Of a DNA stretch of 32,000 bases, positions 29,743 to 32,000 are shown in pieces. The position numbers and the translations under genes were made by a program. Under the pieces are notes generated by a model, which saw only the letters and a program-made list of their open reading frames with translations, did not search any database and had not been told where the DNA came from. Source of the stretch: Hyperthermus butylicus DSM 5456 (lineage in GTDB: Archaea > Thermoproteota > Thermoprotei_A > Sulfolobales > Pyrodictiaceae); the NCBI RefSeq assembly GCF_000015145.1, contig NC_008818.1, positions 600,001 to 632,000 on the forward strand. The letters run 5' to 3'. Positions within the stretch are counted from its first letter, which is position 1; every line of letters begins with the position of its first letter.

Positions 29743-30057
29743 CTAGCCGATTTCTATCATTTTCCTCGTATACCTCTTATACTGCTGGAACCCCTTAGGG
29801 CCCGTTACATGGAGGTCGACGGGGTAGTCCCAGGGTAGACCCTCCTCGAAGGCTCTGAGGAGTATGCGTTTCTTCGCCTCCAGCCTCTCCCGGTGGCTGG
29901 GGTCCCGGGGGAGCACTACCAGTATGTCCAGGTCGCTCACGGCGGTGAGTCTGTCCTCGGCTGCTCAGCCTATCACGTAGACCCGGGCTTCCGGGTAGAA
30001 CTGCTTGGCCACGTGCTAGACTACTCTCACCGCTTGTTTCTGCTTGGGGTCGCTCAT
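29743..30057 (-). pseudogene. Minimal nucleotidyltransferase (MNT) relic, in frame with cas2
   Basis: [105 protein letters not shown] at 30016-30018 and TGA at 29965-29967; the TGA replaces the expected Ser of the GS...D.D motif. Confidence 0.75.
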
Positions 30058-30303
30058 TATGCCGCCGTATACCAGCATTCTGCGGGCGTAGTCTTCCGGC
30101 ACCACGAGGGCTACGACACTGTCTGTGCGGGCGTCGACGATCCTCGATGCTGCCCGTATGGCTTCCTTGGCCTTGGTGTAGCCTCCCCTGCCCATGAAGA
30201 CGCTTCTCTGCACCCTGACGAGCCCGAGGGACTGGAGGGTCTTGGCTAGGAGGTCTCGGCGCTTGTTGTCGCTTACGTCGTAGAATACTACTACGTAGGG
30301 CAC
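30016..30303 (-). CDS. cas2: CRISPR-associated endoribonuclease/integration factor Cas2
   Basis: [69 protein letters not shown]: canonical archaeal Cas2. Confidence 0.93.
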
Positions 30304-30394
30304 TCCCAGCCCCTTGTGGTAATACCTTAAAAGCCTGGGGGCTTATCCCTTCCCCCGGGTAGCTCCCAGCAAAACACGTTTAGCCGCGGGAACC

Positions 30395-31219
30395 GTGGGA
30401 GCCATGGTTCTCCCGCGGAGGGTCTGGGACTACATAAGGAGCCTGGGCAGCGAGGGCCCAGTCTACGCCGAGATAAGGGGGTGGAGATTCGATTACGTGG
30501 CTCCACGGTACCGGTACCGGCCCAGCGTGAGCGAGGTGGCGAGCTACTGTCCTAGCCACCGGGACGCCTACCTCCAGCACGTCCGGGGCCTCCAGCCCCC
30601 TAGGAGCCTGCGGGCCCAGTACGGCGTCCTGGTTCACGAGTTCTTCCTGGAGCCCTTCCGCCTCGTAGACCGTGGCGCTGACAGCCTGGAGGCCCTCACG
30701 GCTGGGAAGTACAGGCTGGCCCGGAGGCTGGGGGTCAGGGCTGACCGGTTCCTAGAGAGGGTCTACGAGCTAGGCGCGATACTCGCGCTCCAGTCCCGGG
30801 TCGACGGCGACATACCGTTGCGCGTCGAGCCCCCGATACCCGGCGCCCCGGTCGGCCTCAGCGACACTGTGCGCCCCGACCTCCTCGTAGGCTTCATCCC
30901 GGTGGAGGTTACGGCTGCCGGGCCCTGGGGTACATACGGCTCCAAGAAGGAGCTCCAATTGGCTGGCTACGCTCTCGCCATAGAGGCCTGGACCGGCATC
31001 CCGGTAGATTACGGGGTCGTGGTCTATGTTACGAGGAGGAGCGATGAGCCCAGGCCGGAGTGGCGTGTCGTTGTCATCGACGATGCGTTGAGGAGGAGCT
31101 TTCTCCGGGAACGCGACGAGGTGGCAATGATAGTTGAGAACCGCGTCGACCCAGGCCCCGCGGGTGAAGGCTGCCCCTCCTGGTGCCCATTCCGTGGTGT
31201 AGAGGGCTGCCCCGGGTGA
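30395..31219 (+). CDS. csa1: CRISPR-associated Csa1 (Cas4-family) protein
   Basis: RPSVSEVASYCPSHRDAYLQHVRGLQPP...YGVLVHEFFLEPFRLV...RPDLLVGFIPVEVTAAGP...KKELQLAGYALAIEAWTGIPVDYGVVVYV...CPSWCPFRGVEGCPG; next to cas1. Confidence 0.85.
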   Translation: MGAMVLPRRVWDYIRSLGSEGPVYAEIRGWRFDYVAPRYRYRPSVSEVASYCPSHRDAYLQHVRGLQPPRSLRAQYGVLVHEFFLEPFRLVDRGADSLEALTAGKYRLARRLGVRADRFLERVYELGAILALQSRVDGDIPLRVEPPIPGAPVGLSDTVRPDLLVGFIPVEVTAAGPWGTYGSKKELQLAGYALAIEAWTGIPVDYGVVVYVTRRSDEPRPEWRVVVIDDALRRSFLRERDEVAMIVENRVDPGPAGEGCPSWCPFRGVEGCPG

Positions 31220-31226
31220 GCCCGGG

Positions 31227-32000
31227 GTGCCGGAGGTCCTCCTCGTGGCGACGCCGGGGACACGGATCTACGTGCGCCGGGGGGTGGTCTACGCGGAGGC
31301 GCCCAGCGGCGAGAAGGCAGTTGTCACAGCTGACACGGAGCTAGTAGTGCTGGCTACGGGCTCGGTATCGGTTAGCGGCCGGGCACTGCGCCGCCTAGCG
31401 GAGCTGGGTGTGCGCCTCGTGGTTCTCGGGCAGCGGGGCCAGGTGGTGGCCGAGCACCGCCCGGTGGACAGGGTGAACCGCACCATAGAGGCCCGGATGG
31501 AGCAGTACCGCGTCAAGGCCACGGGGGAGGCACTATACTACGCCGCGGAGATGGTGTACGCGAAGATTGTGAACCAGGCCAAGCTACTGAGATACCTCGC
31601 GAAGAGCAGGAGGGAGCCCTGGCTCCGAGATGCCGGGTACCGAGTAGAGGGCCACGCCGACCGGCTACGCCAGATAATAGAGAACGAGGAGCCCACAACC
31701 CCGGAGGTGATCCGCAGCATAGAAGCCCAGGCAGCCCGGGACTACTGGGACGCGATAGCCCAGATAGCACCCACCCCCTTTCCCGGACGCCAGCCCAGGG
31801 GCGAAGACCACCTCAACATGGCCCTAAGCTACGGCTACGCGATACTCTACAGCATAGCCCACGACGCACTAACAGTGGCGGGCCTAGACCCCTACGCAGG
31901 CTTCCTACACGCAGACCGCAGCGGAAGACCAAGCCTAACATACGACTACGCAGACACCTACAAGCCAATAGCAGTCGATAAGCCACTGCTAACAGCACCG
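31227..32000 (+). CDS. cas1: CRISPR-associated integrase Cas1 (C-terminus beyond window)
   Basis: Absent from the ORF track because it has no stop in the window. From GTG 31227: VPEVLLVATPGTRIYVRRGVVYAEAPSGEKAVVTADTELVVLATGSVSVSGRALRRLAELGVRLVVLG...NRTIEARMEQYRVKATGEALYYAAEMVYAKIVNQAKLLRYLAKSR...LNMALSYGYAILYSIAHDALTVAGLDPYAGFLHADRSGRPSLTYDYADTYKP. Confidence 0.95.
   Translation, partial: MPEVLLVATPGTRIYVRRGVVYAEAPSGEKAVVTADTELVVLATGSVSVSGRALRRLAELGVRLVVLGQRGQVVAEHRPVDRVNRTIEARMEQYRVKATGEALYYAAEMVYAKIVNQAKLLRYLAKSRREPWLRDAGYRVEGHADRLRQIIENEEPTTPEVIRSIEAQAARDYWDAIAQIAPTPFPGRQPRGEDHLNMALSYGYAILYSIAHDALTVAGLDPYAGFLHADRSGRPSLTYDYADTYKPIAVDKPLLTAP

Overview
GC-rich archaeal DNA with crenarchaeal (Desulfurococcales/Pyrodictiaceae-like) character. 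The species was not verified. From left to right I read: (1) the edge of a DUF2139-like protein and a minus-strand pair resembling the alpha and beta subunits of sarcosine oxidase / dye-linked L-proline dehydrogenase; (2) a NusA-like KH protein, a small Cys-containing membrane protein, and TruD; (3) a VapBC-type toxin-antitoxin pair; (4) a radical SAM enzyme whose Cys-rich N-terminus is encoded but has no standard start codon; (5) a membrane protein, Pcm, and a KaiC/RecA-like ATPase; (6) a pstSCAB phosphate transporter operon in which pstA carries a frameshift; (7) a ~1.4k aa MMPL/RND protein with a very large Ala/Leu-rich helical extracytoplasmic domain; (8) a type I-A-like CRISPR-Cas locus: interference operon csa5-cas7-cas5-cas8a-cas3'-cas3'', a CARF-HTH regulator (Csa3-like), cas4, cas2, csa1, and a cas1 that runs off the window. 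No CRISPR array and no cas6 were recognised. The main unusual signals are in the CRISPR locus: a split cas3', inverted repeats beside both divergent promoters around csa3, a broken PIN gene, a decayed AlaX-like gene, and a minimal nucleotidyltransferase relic in the same reading frame as cas2. No clearly new system is demonstrated. The most testable leads are the cas2-nucleotidyltransferase arrangement, the paired operator-like repeats, the frameshifts in cas3' and pstA, and the giant MMPL domain. All annotation is by reading the sequence; no database search was run.
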